A stretch of DNA of 64,000 nt from an uncultured Actinomycetes bacterium. Lineage in GTDB: Bacteria; Actinomycetota; UBA4738; HRBIN12. Within the stretch, counting starts at the first letter, position 1. Each line of letters starts with the position of its first letter. The stretch spans positions 59,854 through 123,853 of the forward strand of contig CAVXYE010000005.1 in NCBI GenBank assembly GCA_963765865.1, in the 5' to 3' direction. This document shows positions 18,945 through 29,428 of this stretch, one piece after another. The translations under genes and the position numbers were made by a program. The notes beneath the pieces are model-generated. The model searched no databases. It had not been told where the DNA came from and saw only the letters and a program-made list of their open reading frames with translations.

Positions 18945-19787
18945 CTATCCGCGCAGCAGCGGGCGAGTGAGGCAGGTCGGTCCGCCGTCGCCGTTCAGGC
19001 TCACGTCCTCACCTCGGTAGCAGCGAACCTCGACACCCTCCGCCTCCATACGGCGTCGCGTTTCGGGGTTCCCATCGATCGCCAACGCGATCCGCGGACC
19101 GAGGGCGAGCACGTTGGGACCCATCGTCGGGAATTCCTCGTCGGGGACCTCGACCGTTCGGATCCCGCGTCGCTCGAGGAGCTGCACGAGGCGGACCGGC
19201 ATCATCGGGCGGTACGCGACCACCAGGTCGGCATCCAGGGGAGACAGCAGAGACATCAGGTGGAGGCAGGCGTCCGGGCCCCGATGGAACGGGAGATCGA
19301 AGCGGTGGACGGTGATGCCGCGGGGCTCGAGGATCGACGCGAGCTGCTCGACGCCCGCGCTGTTCGTCCGGTGACCCACCCCCACCAGCAGGGTGGTGTC
19401 GTCCAGGAAGACGATGTCCCCACCCTCGGCGGTTGCCGGAGCCTCCAGCGTGGCCAGCACAGGCACACCGTTCGCATGCAGATCGCGCGCCACGGCCTCC
19501 GGCTCCGCCCGTCTGCCCTCCTTGCCGGGTCGGAGCAGGATCGCCCCGTCGTCGACGACGAGCACGGGGTCGTACGCGTAGATCGCGTCGGGGTCGCCGG
19601 GGACCTGGGTAACGCCGGTGACGACCTCGGCCCCGGCTTCCGCCAGCAGGCCGCGGAACGCCTGGTGTTCCTGCTCGATCGAGCGCGGGTCGGGGGGCCG
19701 GTGCCAGCCGAAGGCGTCCCACGACCCCAGGCTCTCCTCGACGGGTGGGCGCACGTAGACGCGCCGCAGGGTGGCGTACCCGTTCAT
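18945..19787 (-). CDS. Amidinotransferase-fold enzyme (dimethylarginine dimethylaminohydrolase / arginine deiminase-like)
   Basis: 280 aa counted from MNGYATLRRVYVRPP. Contains EGGDIVFLDD and a C-terminal ...NGDGGPTCLTRPL with the catalytic-type Cys. Confidence 0.75.
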   Translation of the reverse strand: MNGYATLRRVYVRPPVEESLGSWDAFGWHRPPDPRSIEQEHQAFRGLLAEAGAEVVTGVTQVPGDPDAIYAYDPVLVVDDGAILLRPGKEGRRAEPEAVARDLHANGVPVLATLEAPATAEGGDIVFLDDTTLLVGVGHRTNSAGVEQLASILEPRGITVHRFDLPFHRGPDACLHLMSLLSPLDADLVVAYRPMMPVRLVQLLERRGIRTVEVPDEEFPTMGPNVLALGPRIALAIDGNPETRRRMEAEGVEVRCYRGEDVSLNGDGGPTCLTRPLLRG

Positions 19788-19821
19788 CCGATGCTCCGCA
19801 CCGTGGGAGGCGGCCGCACCT

Positions 19822-21118
19822 CTAGTGGTTGTTCCGGTGGTCGAGCCCGTTCTGGCTCGCGTGCTGCCCGCTCTTGCCGCCATGCGACCCGTGGTCGTGG
19901 GCGGCGCCGCTCTTCCCGTGGTGGCCCTTGTGGTTCGATGCCTTCACGTGTGAACCGCTCTGACCGGGGGGCCCGCCGAACGGGTTATGCAGCGCCGAGC
20001 GTCCGGGCATGGACGACGCGCCACCAGCACCGCCGCCGCCGGTGCCACCACCGCCGCCACCACCGGTCCCGCCGCCGCCCGTGCCGGTCCCGCCACCGCC
20101 TCCACCCGTTCCGCTCCCGCCCCCGTGCGGACCGCCGTTGCCGGGTGCGACCGGACCGCTGGGCGGGATCGGGATCAGGCCGGTCGCTCCGGTGAAGAGG
20201 ATCGGCCTGTCCGGTTGCCCCGGCGAGCGATGCGCCGGGCGCCGGGATGACGACGGCGGGTGACTCCTGCACGAAGCCGGCGGCCGAGAGGATCCCCTGA
20301 TGGCCTCCGGCTCCGCCCAGCGTCAGCGCCATCACGACCGCGCTCGCGGCGACCGCGCCGCCCAGCGCGATCGTCCCCAACCGGCGGTTCCACTCGCCGG
20401 CTGCGATGGGCGGTTCGGCCGTTCCGGCTGCGCCGGCCGTGATCGGTACCAACGCGCTTTCGGGAAGCGTGCTGGCCCAAGCGGCGGGGGGCATGCTCAA
20501 CGCCGAGAGCGGAAGGACCGGCGCGAGATCCTCATCCGCGTCGCGGACGTCGCCGACGCCGCCGACGAGGGTAGCGGCCGCGGCCGGCTCGGTGTCGCCA
20601 ACCGGATGCAGATGCTGTCCGCGGCGCTGCAGATCCGTCACGCTCGGACGTTTCGTGGAGGGACCGTCGTGCTCCTCGAGCTTCTCCCTGAGGGCGGCCG
20701 GGTCATTCTTCAGTCGATCGGCCCAACCGGGTGTGATGACGTTCTCCCGTGGCACCGGCATCGTGCCGACCGCCCGCGCGACCGTCGGGCCCAGGGAGCG
20801 CAAGACGTCGCCGGGGTCGACGCGGGCGTAGCCGCCGATCGGGACCACGGCCCCCGGCCAGACCAGGATCACCTTCGCGTTCGGCGAAACCTCGTGGGTC
20901 ATCTGGACGGCGGTTGCGCCGATCCCGTCGTCCAGCACGACGACGTCGGGCTGGTGGACGGCGAGGACCCGCGCGAGCTCGGAAGCGCTCGACGCCTGCG
21001 CGACCACCTCGTAGCCTTCGGACTCCAGCACGAAGCGCAAGAAACCCATGCGTGCGGACCGTCCCTCACCAACGACGATCCGGACCCGGTGTCGGCCCAT
21101 CTCCCCCCCAAGGAGCAT
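19822..21118 (-). pseudogene. Receiver-like domain / TM / poly-Gly / His-rich tail protein with one frame break near 20200
   Basis: The N-terminus HRVRIVVGEGRSARMGFLRFVLESEGYEVV...PDVVVLDDGIG...KVILVW looks like a CheY-type receiver that lacks the N-terminal acidic pair. A TM follows (IALGGAVAASAVVMALTLGG). After ~20200 only the +1 frame is sensible: GATGLIPIPPSGPV...GGGSGTGGGGGTGTGGGGTGGGGGGGTGGGGAGG...HKGHHGKSGAAHDHGSHGGKSGQHASQNGLDHRNNH. Confidence 0.5.
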
Positions 21119-21247
21119 CGTCCGGCCCGAGGATCCCCCCGAACGTTCGTAGCGTACCCCGGCCCGGGGGTCCCAACCACGTCCGGATGGCTGCGAACGG
21201 CCACCCCGAATGATCGACCGTCGTAGGTCGTTAGACTCGCCACCTGG

Positions 21248-21658
21248 ATGGCTGACGTCAGGCTCGTGTGGACCGGCGATCGCATCCAGTTCGTCGGAAC
21301 GACCGGGTATGGGGAGCCGATCCTCGTTGGAGGGGACGTCGAAGGACCCGGCGCGAAGCCCTCGGACCTGCTGCCGTTGTCGCTCGCCGCGTGCACCGCG
21401 TACGACGTCGTCGAGATCCTGCGGAAGCAGCGGCAGGATCTTCTGGGTCTCGAGGTCGTGGCGACATCCGTGCAAGATCCCGACCCGCCGTGGACCTTCC
21501 GCTCGATCCATCTGCGGTTCCAGCTCACGGGAGCGGTCGACGCGTCGAAGGCCGCCAAGGCGGTCGATATCGCCGAGACCCGGTACTGCGCGGTCGCCGC
21601 GACGATCCGGTCCGTCGTCCGGCTCACGCACGAGGTGACGATCGTTCCGAACGAGTGA
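21248..21658 (+). CDS. OsmC/Ohr family peroxiredoxin-like protein
   Basis: 136 aa. KPSDLLPLSLAACTAYDVV...AETRYCAV contains the two conserved Cys of the OsmC family. Confidence 0.85.
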   Translation: MADVRLVWTGDRIQFVGTTGYGEPILVGGDVEGPGAKPSDLLPLSLAACTAYDVVEILRKQRQDLLGLEVVATSVQDPDPPWTFRSIHLRFQLTGAVDASKAAKAVDIAETRYCAVAATIRSVVRLTHEVTIVPNE

Positions 21659-21704
21659 GCCGGGGAACCGAGGCTGGCTCGCCGGCGGTGGGAGACTGCA
21701 TCCC

Positions 21705-23582
21705 ATGGATGCCACGGCCTTCCGAGCGCTGCTGGCCGAAGGGCCGCTCCTCGCCGACGGCGGCATGGGTACGTCCCTGATCGCCCGCGGGGTCCCGGTC
21801 GACGCGTGCATGGAGGAGCTGAACGTTCGGGCGCCGGCGCGCGTGGCGGACATCCACGCGTCGTTCGTCGGCGCCGGCGCCCGCCTCGTCGTCACGAATA
21901 CCTTCGGTGCGAACCGCTTCCGGCTCGAACGGCATGGGCTCGCCGACCGGTTCGCCGAGCTGTGCGTCGCCGGCGTCGCGCTCGCGCGCGACGCCGGCGC
22001 TCCGATCGTCGCGGGCTCGATGGGGCCCCTGGGCGTCCGGCTCCAACCGTACGGACGCGTGCATCCGGAGGATGCGTTCGCCGCCTACCGCGAGCAGGCC
22101 GCCGCCCTCGCCGACGCGGGCGTCGACCTGCTCGTGGTCGAGACCCAGAGCGACCTCCGCGAGCTCGAACAGGGTGTCCGCGCCGCTCGCGACGCAGCGC
22201 CGAACGTCGCGCTCGTCGCGAGCGCGACGTTCACCCGAGACGACCGGACCCTGCTCGGCTCGACGCCCGAGGAGGTGGCGCAGACCGTGACCGGGCTCGG
22301 TGTCGACGCCCTCGGAGTGAACTGCGGCGAGGGTCCAGCACAGGTGCTGCGGGTCGTGCGGGCGATGCGGCGCGCCGCGGGTGCCTCCCACGTGCCGATC
22401 GTCGCGCGGCCCAACGCCGGGGGACCGGCGGAGGTCGGCGGGCGGTTCGTGTATCCGGCCACGCCGGAGTACTTCGGCGAGATCGCGCAGGCGCTGTTGG
22501 ACGAGGGCGTTGCCGTCGTCGGCGGCTGTTGCGGCACGGGACCCGCGCACACGACGGCGATCGGCGCCGCGCTCCGCGATCGAGCGCCGCACGCCAGGAT
22601 CGAGTTCCCCGAGGCGGACCACGGCGAGCGGCTCCTCGACGTGGTGACGGTCGCGCCGCCGACGAAGCTGGAGGCGAAGCTCGCGACCGGTCATTTCGTC
22701 GTGACGGTCGAGATGGAGCCGCCTCGTTCGTTCAACGCCGCCCGCCTGGTCGCCGCCGCGGAAACGCTCCGCGACGCGGGTGCCGACGCGATCGACGTCG
22801 CGGACTCACCCATGGCCAAGATGCGGATGAGCGCCTGGGCGGCGTGTCGCCTGATCCACGAGCAGGCCGAGATCGAGACGGTTCTGCATTTCCCCACCCG
22901 GGGCCGGAACCTCCTGCGGCTCCAGGGCGACCTCCTCGGCGCCCACGCCCTCGGGATCCGGAACCTCTTCGTGTGCGTCGGCGACCCCGTGACGATCGGC
23001 GATTACCCGCACGGGTCGAACAACGTCGACGTCACCGCCACGGGACTCCTGTCGATGATCACGCACGCCTTCAACGCGGGCGTGGATCGATCGGGGACCT
23101 CGATCGGGGCGCCGACGTCGTTCTTCGCCGGGGCGGCGGTCGCACCGAGCGCGCCCGATCTGGAGCGGGAGGCGCGTCTGCTCGCGCGCAAGGCAGAGTC
23201 CGGCGCGCGCTTCGTCCTCACGCAGCCGTTCTACTCGATCGAGCCGTTGATCGCGATCCGGGAGACCTACGAGAAGGTCGCCGGCGGGCCACTCACCGTT
23301 CCCGTCATCGCCGGGGTGCTCCCGCTCATGACGAGCCGGCACGCCGAGTTCCTCCACAACGAGGTTCCCGGGATCGAGATCCCCGAGGTCGCCCGCGATC
23401 GGATGCGCTCGGCCGGCGACGACGACGAGCGGGCGTGGCGGGAAGGCGCGACGATGGCCGTCGAGCTGATCGCCGCGCTCCGGGAGGAAGGGGTGGCCGG
23501 CGTGTACGTGATGCCGCAGTTCGGCCGGTACGACCGGGCCGCAGAGGTGGTCGAGGCGGCTCGCGGACCGGCTACGATGTGA
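21705..23582 (+). CDS. Bifunctional homocysteine S-methyltransferase / 5,10-methylenetetrahydrofolate reductase
   Basis: 625 aa. The N-terminal Hcy-binding domain (LADGGMGT...VTNTFGAN...GGCCGTGPAH) is fused to a MetF-like domain (...VLTQPFYS...PVIAGVLPL). Confidence 0.85.
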   Translation: MDATAFRALLAEGPLLADGGMGTSLIARGVPVDACMEELNVRAPARVADIHASFVGAGARLVVTNTFGANRFRLERHGLADRFAELCVAGVALARDAGAPIVAGSMGPLGVRLQPYGRVHPEDAFAAYREQAAALADAGVDLLVVETQSDLRELEQGVRAARDAAPNVALVASATFTRDDRTLLGSTPEEVAQTVTGLGVDALGVNCGEGPAQVLRVVRAMRRAAGASHVPIVARPNAGGPAEVGGRFVYPATPEYFGEIAQALLDEGVAVVGGCCGTGPAHTTAIGAALRDRAPHARIEFPEADHGERLLDVVTVAPPTKLEAKLATGHFVVTVEMEPPRSFNAARLVAAAETLRDAGADAIDVADSPMAKMRMSAWAACRLIHEQAEIETVLHFPTRGRNLLRLQGDLLGAHALGIRNLFVCVGDPVTIGDYPHGSNNVDVTATGLLSMITHAFNAGVDRSGTSIGAPTSFFAGAAVAPSAPDLEREARLLARKAESGARFVLTQPFYSIEPLIAIRETYEKVAGGPLTVPVIAGVLPLMTSRHAEFLHNEVPGIEIPEVARDRMRSAGDDDERAWREGATMAVELIAALREEGVAGVYVMPQFGRYDRAAEVVEAARGPATM

Positions 23583-23596
23583 CTTCCGACCGTTCC

Positions 23597-26500
23597 ATGC
23601 GAGTCGATCCACCGCTTCGAGACCCCATACACGCCGTGTCCGAAACCGCCGAGCAGACGCACGCGCTGCACCCCGTCCTCGACGCGCTGTTCGCTCGCAT
23701 CCGGGCCGAGGTCCCCGCCGAGCGTCGCGACGCCCTGGAGGCGTTCGCGAAGGCGTTCCTCCGCCGACTCTCCGACGAGGAGCTCGAGCATCACGGGGCA
23801 GACCTGTTGTTCTCGATGGTGTCGTCGGCGTTCGCCTTCGCCGATCAGCGCGGGAACGAGCCGTCGGCGGTCCGCGTGTTCGTCCCGACGGACGCCGATG
23901 AGGGGTACGGGTCGGTCGGGACGATCGTGGAGACGAACACGGACGACTCGCCGTTCCTGGTCGACTCGGTGAGCGAGGAGCTCGCGGCGCGCGAGCTCCG
24001 GGTCCGGCTGTTGGTCCACCCGGTGGTCGGAACGGTTCGCGACGAGCGCGGCCGGATCGAGCGGGTGCTGTCGGGCCGAGACGCGTCGCACCGCGAGTCG
24101 GTGATGCATTACGAGCTCGAACGGCGGCTCGGCGAGGCGGAGCGGACCGATCTGGAGCGGAAGATCGGCGAGATCCTGCACGACGTGCACCTCGTCGTCC
24201 GGGACTTCGAACCGATGCAGGAGCGGACGCGGCACATGATGGATCTGGCTCGGGCGGCCGCCGGCCGCTACTCGCCGGAGGAGGTGAGCGGTACGGTCGA
24301 CTTCCTCGACTGGCTGCTCCAGCTCAACTTCGTCCTGCTGGGCTACCGCGAGTACGACCTGCTCGACCTCCCCGACGGCCGGGCGATCCATGCGACCGAG
24401 GGTTCCGGGCTCGGGATCCTGTCCGACGTGTCGCGGAGCACGTTCGCCGACGTCACGCCGCTCGACAGCCTTCCCTCGTACATCCGTCACCGGATCGAAG
24501 ACGGCGACCTGCTCGTGATCTCGAAGACGAAGGCCTACTCGACCGTCCATCGCCGCGCGCGGATGGACTACGTCGGCGTGCGCAAGGTCTCGCCCGACGG
24601 CCGGATCACCGGCGAGGCGCGGCTGATCGGCCTGTTCACGTCGAAGGCGTACATGGAGCCCGCCACCAAGACCCCCCTGCTGCACCACAAGCTCGAGCAG
24701 ATCCTGGCGGCCGAGGATCTGATCCCGGGTTCGCACGACTACAAGACGGTCGTCGAGCTGTTCGGGACCTTCCCGAAGGATGAGCTGTTCCAGGGATCGG
24801 CGGAGGAGCTCCGGACGCTCGTCGTCGGGCTGCTGCAGTTCGAGGAGCAGGCGGGGATCCGGGTCATGGTCCGCAAGGACCTGTTCGGACGGCAGGTTTC
24901 CATCGTGGTCGCGCTGCCGCGCGAGCGGTTCACCGCGACGCTCCGCAAGCGGCTGCAGGACATGTTCGTGGAGCGTTTCCACGGCGTGACGGTGGACTAC
25001 CACCTCTCTCTCGGGGAGACCGAGTCCGCCAAGATCTTCTTCACGGTGCACGTCGAGGCGGGCGTGCAGATCCCCGAGATCCCGCACGAGGAGCTCGAAG
25101 CGGAGGTCGAACGGCTCGCGCGCACCTGGGACGACGACCTGGCCGACGCGCTGGCCGCGCGTCTCGGCGAACAGAGCGGCCGGGCACTCGCCGCGACGTA
25201 CGCGCCTCGGTTCCCCGACTACTACAAGACGTCCGACACCGACTGGGCGCTCGCCGTCGACGACGTGTTGAACCTGGAGGAGCTGGCGTCGTCGCCGGAC
25301 GGCTTCGTCGTCGGGATCGGCAACGAGTCGGCGGGCGAGCGGCTCACGCGTGTGCGTCTCTACAAGACCGGGGGCAAGGTCGACCTGTCGGCCTTCATGC
25401 CCTTGCTCGAGTCCCTCGGCCTGCGGGTCGTCGAGGAGATCCCCGTCCATCTCGAGGGCGAAGGACGGGTGTTCATCCACGACTTCGGCGTCCTCGACGC
25501 CCGCGGAGCGGTGCTCCACCTCGAAGGGGTCGCGGGGTCGGTCCGTGACGCGCTCGGCGCGATGTGGCGCGGAGAGGCGGAGGTGGATTCCCTCAACCGC
25601 CTGGTCATCGTGGGCGGGCTGACGTGGGAACAGATCCATGTCCTCCGCGCATACCGCACGTACCGGACGCGGGTCTCCGCGCGGTTCACGGACGAATACC
25701 GGAACGATTCGATGGCCGCGAACCCGCACATCGCCGCGCGGCTCGTGGACCTCTTCGAGGCGAAGTTCGACCCGGTTCGCAACGCTCCCGCGGAGGAGGC
25801 GTCGGCGATCAGGGACGAGGTCGTGGAGGATCTGCAAGGGGTCGCGTCGCTCGACCAGGACCTGATCCTTCGCTCGCTCCTCGGCACGATCGAGGCCACG
25901 GTCCGCACGAACGCCTACCGCCCGGAGCGTCTCGCCCTCGCGATCAAGCTGCGGTCGGCTGACGTCCCGGAGATGCCGAAGCCGTTCCCGCTGTGCGAGG
26001 TCTTCGTGTATTCGCCGAACATGGAGGCGATCCACCTGCGCGGCGGGATGGTCGCCCGGGGCGGCATCCGCTGGTCCGACCGGAAGGAGGACTACCGGAC
26101 CGAGGTCCTCGGCCTGATGAAGGCGCAGCGGGTCAAGAACGCGATCATCGTGCCGGACGGATCGAAGGGCGGCTTCATCCTGAAACGCCGGCCGGCGGCG
26201 CCGGACGAGCTGAAGGCGGAGGTGCTCGCCCAGTACGTCACCTTCATGCACGGGCTCCTCGACATCACGGACAACTACGTCCAGGGCGCGGTCGTGCATC
26301 CCGAGGGGGTCCGCGCGCTCGACGGACCGGACACGTATCTGGTGGTCGCCGCGGACAAGGGGACGGCGACGTTCTCGGATACGGCGAACGCGGTGAGCGA
26401 GCGGTACGGGTTCTGGCTCGGGGACGCGTTCGCCAGCGGAGGCTCCGCGGGGTTCGATCACAAGGCGCTCGGCATCACCGCGCGAGGCGCGTGGGAATCG

Positions 26501-28447
26501 GTGAAGCGGCACTTCCGGCAGCTGGGCATCGATGTCCTCCGCGACCCATTCACCGCGGTCGGGATCGGCGACATGTCCGGCGACGTCTTCGGCAACGGGA
26601 TGCTGTACACGGACACGATCAAGCTGGTGGCCGCGTTCGACCACCGGCACGTCTTCCTCGACCCGAACCCCGACCCGGCCATCTCGTTCGCCGAACGCAA
26701 ACGGCTGTTCCAGCTGCCGGGCTCATCGTGGAACGACTACGACCGATCGATCCTGTCGGCCGGCGGGACCGTCGTGGACCGGGCGGCGAAGAGCGTGACG
26801 CCCGCACCCGAGGTCCGGACCGCGCTCGGGATCCCGCCCGAGGCGCCGGCCGCCATGACCCCGGCGGAGTTGATCCGGTGGGTCCTGAAGGCGCCGGTCG
26901 ACCTGCTGTGGAACGGCGGGATCGGCACGTACGTGAAGTCGTCCGAAGAGACCAACGCGGATGCCGGTGACCGGACGAACGACGGTCTGCGCGTCGACGG
27001 GCGGGATCTGCGTACGAAGGTCGTCGGCGAGGGAGGGAACCTCGGGTTCACCCAGCGCGGGCGGATCGAGTACGCCCGGTCCGGAGGGCGCATCAACACG
27101 GACTTCATCGACAACTCCGCCGGGGTCGACACCTCGGACCATGAGGTCAACTGGAAGATCCTGCTGGGGCTCGCGATCGCGCGCGGTGAGCTCACGCTCG
27201 AGGACAGGAACCGCCTGCTGGAGGCGTGCGCTCCCGACGTCGTCGCGCACGTGCTCTACGACAACTACCTCCAGGCCCAGATCCTCTCGCAGGAGGAGGA
27301 GCAATCGACGCAGCGGATCGAGGCCTACGAGGACCTGATGCAACAGCTCGAGGCCGAAGGCGAGCTGGAACGCGACGTCGAGTTCCTTCCGACGACCGAT
27401 GAGATGACGGAGCGCCGGGCGAACGGAGCCGGGATGACGCGCCCGGAGCTTTCCGTGCTGCTCGCGTACGCGAAGCGCTCCGTCTTCCGGGCGCTCCTGG
27501 AGACCGATCTGCCGGACAGCGAGTACCTCGTTGCCGACCTCGCCCGGTACTTCCCGCCCGCGATCGTCGACGCGTTCGGCCATCTCCTCGCCGAGCACCC
27601 GTTGAGGCGGGAGATCATCGCGACGATGGCGTCGAACGACGTCGTGAACTCCCAAGGCATCACGTTCGTCTCGCGGATGGTCGCCGAGATCGGGGCCCAC
27701 CCCGGCGACGTCGTCCGCGCCTTCCGGATCGCGCGCGATGTGACCGGAGCCGTCGCCCGGTGGGACGAGATCGAGAAGCTGGACGGCGTGATCGATCCCG
27801 TCGTGCAGACCGACCTCCTGTCCGGCGTGGACTGGCTCGTGGAGACCACCTCGCGGTGGTACCTCGTCCAGGCCGCGGGGCAGCGCCTGGCCGATGCGGT
27901 CGACGCCTCGCGGGACTCCTTCGCCCAGCTCGCGTCGCAGATCGATCAGATCGGTCCGGAAGCGTGGCGTGAGGAGCATGAGCAGATCGCGGAGCGCTTG
28001 ATCGCGGAGGGGGTTCCCGAGCCGCTGGCGCGACGCACCGCGTTCCAGGGCGAGTTGGTCCACGCGCCCGACATCATCGCGGTGTCCCACGCGACCGGCC
28101 GCGCCCCGCTCGAGGTGGCGCGCGGGTTCTTCCTGTTGGGGGAGCGGCTCCAGCTCGATTGGCTCGAGAACCAGCTGGAGGCACTTCCGGCCGGAACGCG
28201 GTGGCAGCGATGGGCTCGGCAGTCGATGGAGGACGACCTGTTCTCGTTGCGACGCTCGCTCTGCGAACGGGCGCTGGAGCTGGCCGGGGGAGCGCCCATC
28301 GACGAGGCGATCGACGGCTTCCTCGCGTCCCACGAGGAAGCCGTCGCCCGCCTCCAACGATTCCTTCGATCCCTCGGGATCGAAGGCGTCACCGACCTCT
28401 CACAGCTCACCGTGGCGCTCAGGCAGGTCCGCGCCCTCGTCGGCTGA
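23597..28447 (+). CDS. gdh: NAD-specific glutamate dehydrogenase, large (~180 kDa) class
   Basis: 1616 aa counted from MRVDPPL. Contains the catalytic core ...RGGIRWSDRKEDYRTEVLGLMKAQRVKNAIIVPDGSKGGF... and GDMSGDVFGNGML. The ORF-track extension back to 21806 is Arg-rich and overlaps the previous gene. Confidence 0.9.
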   Translation: MRVDPPLRDPIHAVSETAEQTHALHPVLDALFARIRAEVPAERRDALEAFAKAFLRRLSDEELEHHGADLLFSMVSSAFAFADQRGNEPSAVRVFVPTDADEGYGSVGTIVETNTDDSPFLVDSVSEELAARELRVRLLVHPVVGTVRDERGRIERVLSGRDASHRESVMHYELERRLGEAERTDLERKIGEILHDVHLVVRDFEPMQERTRHMMDLARAAAGRYSPEEVSGTVDFLDWLLQLNFVLLGYREYDLLDLPDGRAIHATEGSGLGILSDVSRSTFADVTPLDSLPSYIRHRIEDGDLLVISKTKAYSTVHRRARMDYVGVRKVSPDGRITGEARLIGLFTSKAYMEPATKTPLLHHKLEQILAAEDLIPGSHDYKTVVELFGTFPKDELFQGSAEELRTLVVGLLQFEEQAGIRVMVRKDLFGRQVSIVVALPRERFTATLRKRLQDMFVERFHGVTVDYHLSLGETESAKIFFTVHVEAGVQIPEIPHEELEAEVERLARTWDDDLADALAARLGEQSGRALAATYAPRFPDYYKTSDTDWALAVDDVLNLEELASSPDGFVVGIGNESAGERLTRVRLYKTGGKVDLSAFMPLLESLGLRVVEEIPVHLEGEGRVFIHDFGVLDARGAVLHLEGVAGSVRDALGAMWRGEAEVDSLNRLVIVGGLTWEQIHVLRAYRTYRTRVSARFTDEYRNDSMAANPHIAARLVDLFEAKFDPVRNAPAEEASAIRDEVVEDLQGVASLDQDLILRSLLGTIEATVRTNAYRPERLALAIKLRSADVPEMPKPFPLCEVFVYSPNMEAIHLRGGMVARGGIRWSDRKEDYRTEVLGLMKAQRVKNAIIVPDGSKGGFILKRRPAAPDELKAEVLAQYVTFMHGLLDITDNYVQGAVVHPEGVRALDGPDTYLVVAADKGTATFSDTANAVSERYGFWLGDAFASGGSAGFDHKALGITARGAWESVKRHFRQLGIDVLRDPFTAVGIGDMSGDVFGNGMLYTDTIKLVAAFDHRHVFLDPNPDPAISFAERKRLFQLPGSSWNDYDRSILSAGGTVVDRAAKSVTPAPEVRTALGIPPEAPAAMTPAELIRWVLKAPVDLLWNGGIGTYVKSSEETNADAGDRTNDGLRVDGRDLRTKVVGEGGNLGFTQRGRIEYARSGGRINTDFIDNSAGVDTSDHEVNWKILLGLAIARGELTLEDRNRLLEACAPDVVAHVLYDNYLQAQILSQEEEQSTQRIEAYEDLMQQLEAEGELERDVEFLPTTDEMTERRANGAGMTRPELSVLLAYAKRSVFRALLETDLPDSEYLVADLARYFPPAIVDAFGHLLAEHPLRREIIATMASNDVVNSQGITFVSRMVAEIGAHPGDVVRAFRIARDVTGAVARWDEIEKLDGVIDPVVQTDLLSGVDWLVETTSRWYLVQAAGQRLADAVDASRDSFAQLASQIDQIGPEAWREEHEQIAERLIAEGVPEPLARRTAFQGELVHAPDIIAVSHATGRAPLEVARGFFLLGERLQLDWLENQLEALPAGTRWQRWARQSMEDDLFSLRRSLCERALELAGGAPIDEAIDGFLASHEEAVARLQRFLRSLGIEGVTDLSQLTVALRQVRALVG

Positions 28448-28477
28448 GCCGGTCGGATCCCCCGCGGATCCCGGGCG

Positions 28478-29428
28478 TCAGGTCGTCGGGTGCCACGCCG
28501 CCGGTCCGTCCGGGTCGGGCGAGACGTGTCCGAAGGCTTCGCCGAAGTGCGTTGGCGCGACGACCGTGTCGGGTTCGGCCATGAGCTCGGCGAGCAGCGC
28601 CCGCCGCGTGGCCGTCGAGCGTTCGTGGTCGTCATCCGATCCCGCCCACCAGTCCGGGTGCGCGAGCTGCATCGGATGGTTCCACGTGTCCGCCGACAAC
28701 AAGGCGCGTGCCCCGTCGCTCGCCACTCGGAGGACCTGGTGCCCGGGCGTATGACCGGGCGCGTGGCGGAGCTCGATCAGCTCGCTGATCCGATGGTCCC
28801 CATCCAGCAGCTCGAGCGCACCGGTCCCCTCGAGCGGAGCGACCAGCCGTTCGAACGAGCTCCGGTCGTCCTGATCCATCCCACGACGCCAGGCGTCGTC
28901 CGCCCGTTGGAGCAGGTAGCGCGCGCGGGGGAACGCCGGCGCTCCTTCGCCGCTGAGGATCCCGCCGATGTGGTCGTCGTGCGCATGACTGAGAGCGACG
29001 ACGTCGATCATCTCCGGTGCCGCGCCGACCTCCGCGAGCGAGGCCGCAGCGACGCCCGGTTCGGGGCACCAGTCCATCGCCGGCGACGACTCCGGGCCGA
29101 CCCCCGTGTCGAACAGCAGGAGGCCACCCGGATGTCGGACCAGCCACACACGAACGCGGAGCCGCCAGGCGTCGTCCTGTCCGTAGACGTTCGGGTATCG
29201 ACCCTTCGCGTCGAGCATCGCTCCGGCCGGAGCGCCGGGGAAGGCGTCCGCGATCGGCTCGTCGTTCACGTCGACGTCGAGGAACGCGACGATCTCCACC
29301 TCGCCGACGGTGATCGTCTCGTGTGGCACGCTCGGGAACCTATCACCCGTGTACCCTCGGAAATGTCCGGCGTCGAAGGGGAAGCCTCGTGGGAGGAACG
29401 ATGACGGCCACGCTCCGTGCCACCGCAC
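28478..29428 (-). CDS. MBL-fold metallo-hydrolase
   Basis: Contains LSHAHDDHIGG and HAPGHTPGH. The start is uncertain: either the ATG at 29428 or the GTG at 29329 (VPHETITVGEV...), since the longer form overlaps the divergent lipoprotein gene. Confidence 0.75.
   Translation of the reverse strand: MRWHGAWPSSFLPRGFPFDAGHFRGYTGDRFPSVPHETITVGEVEIVAFLDVDVNDEPIADAFPGAPAGAMLDAKGRYPNVYGQDDAWRLRVRVWLVRHPGGLLLFDTGVGPESSPAMDWCPEPGVAAASLAEVGAAPEMIDVVALSHAHDDHIGGILSGEGAPAFPRARYLLQRADDAWRRGMDQDDRSSFERLVAPLEGTGALELLDGDHRISELIELRHAPGHTPGHQVLRVASDGARALLSADTWNHPMQLAHPDWWAGSDDDHERSTATRRALLAELMAEPDTVVAPTHFGEAFGHVSPDPDGPAAWHPTT

Noticed and set aside
19985-20200. C-terminal Arg/Trp-rich tail of the 636-aa ORF, and the plus-strand poly-Pro ORF at 20009-20263
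   Set aside because: Both are alternative-frame or antisense readings of a GGN-repeat region. The Gly/His-rich frame that ends at 19822 has far better coding bias and a plausible composition.
21119-21247. Possible SigB/F-type promoter upstream of osmC (GTTC-N17-GGGGGT)
   Set aside because: The -10-like element lacks the GGGWA core, and the spacing is outside that of the seven good sites.
21806-23596. N-terminal 597 codons of the 2213-aa ORF that contains the glutamate dehydrogenase
   Set aside because: The translation is Arg/Gly/Pro-rich junk that overlaps the well-supported homocysteine methyltransferase/MTHFR gene in another frame. Recognisable GDH sequence begins at the ATG at 23597.
23267-26650. 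1127-aa ORF on the minus strand
   Set aside because: It is entirely antisense to the NAD-glutamate dehydrogenase gene. Its composition (Arg, Asp, Val, Pro rich) is typical of shadow frames in high-GC DNA, and it has no motifs.
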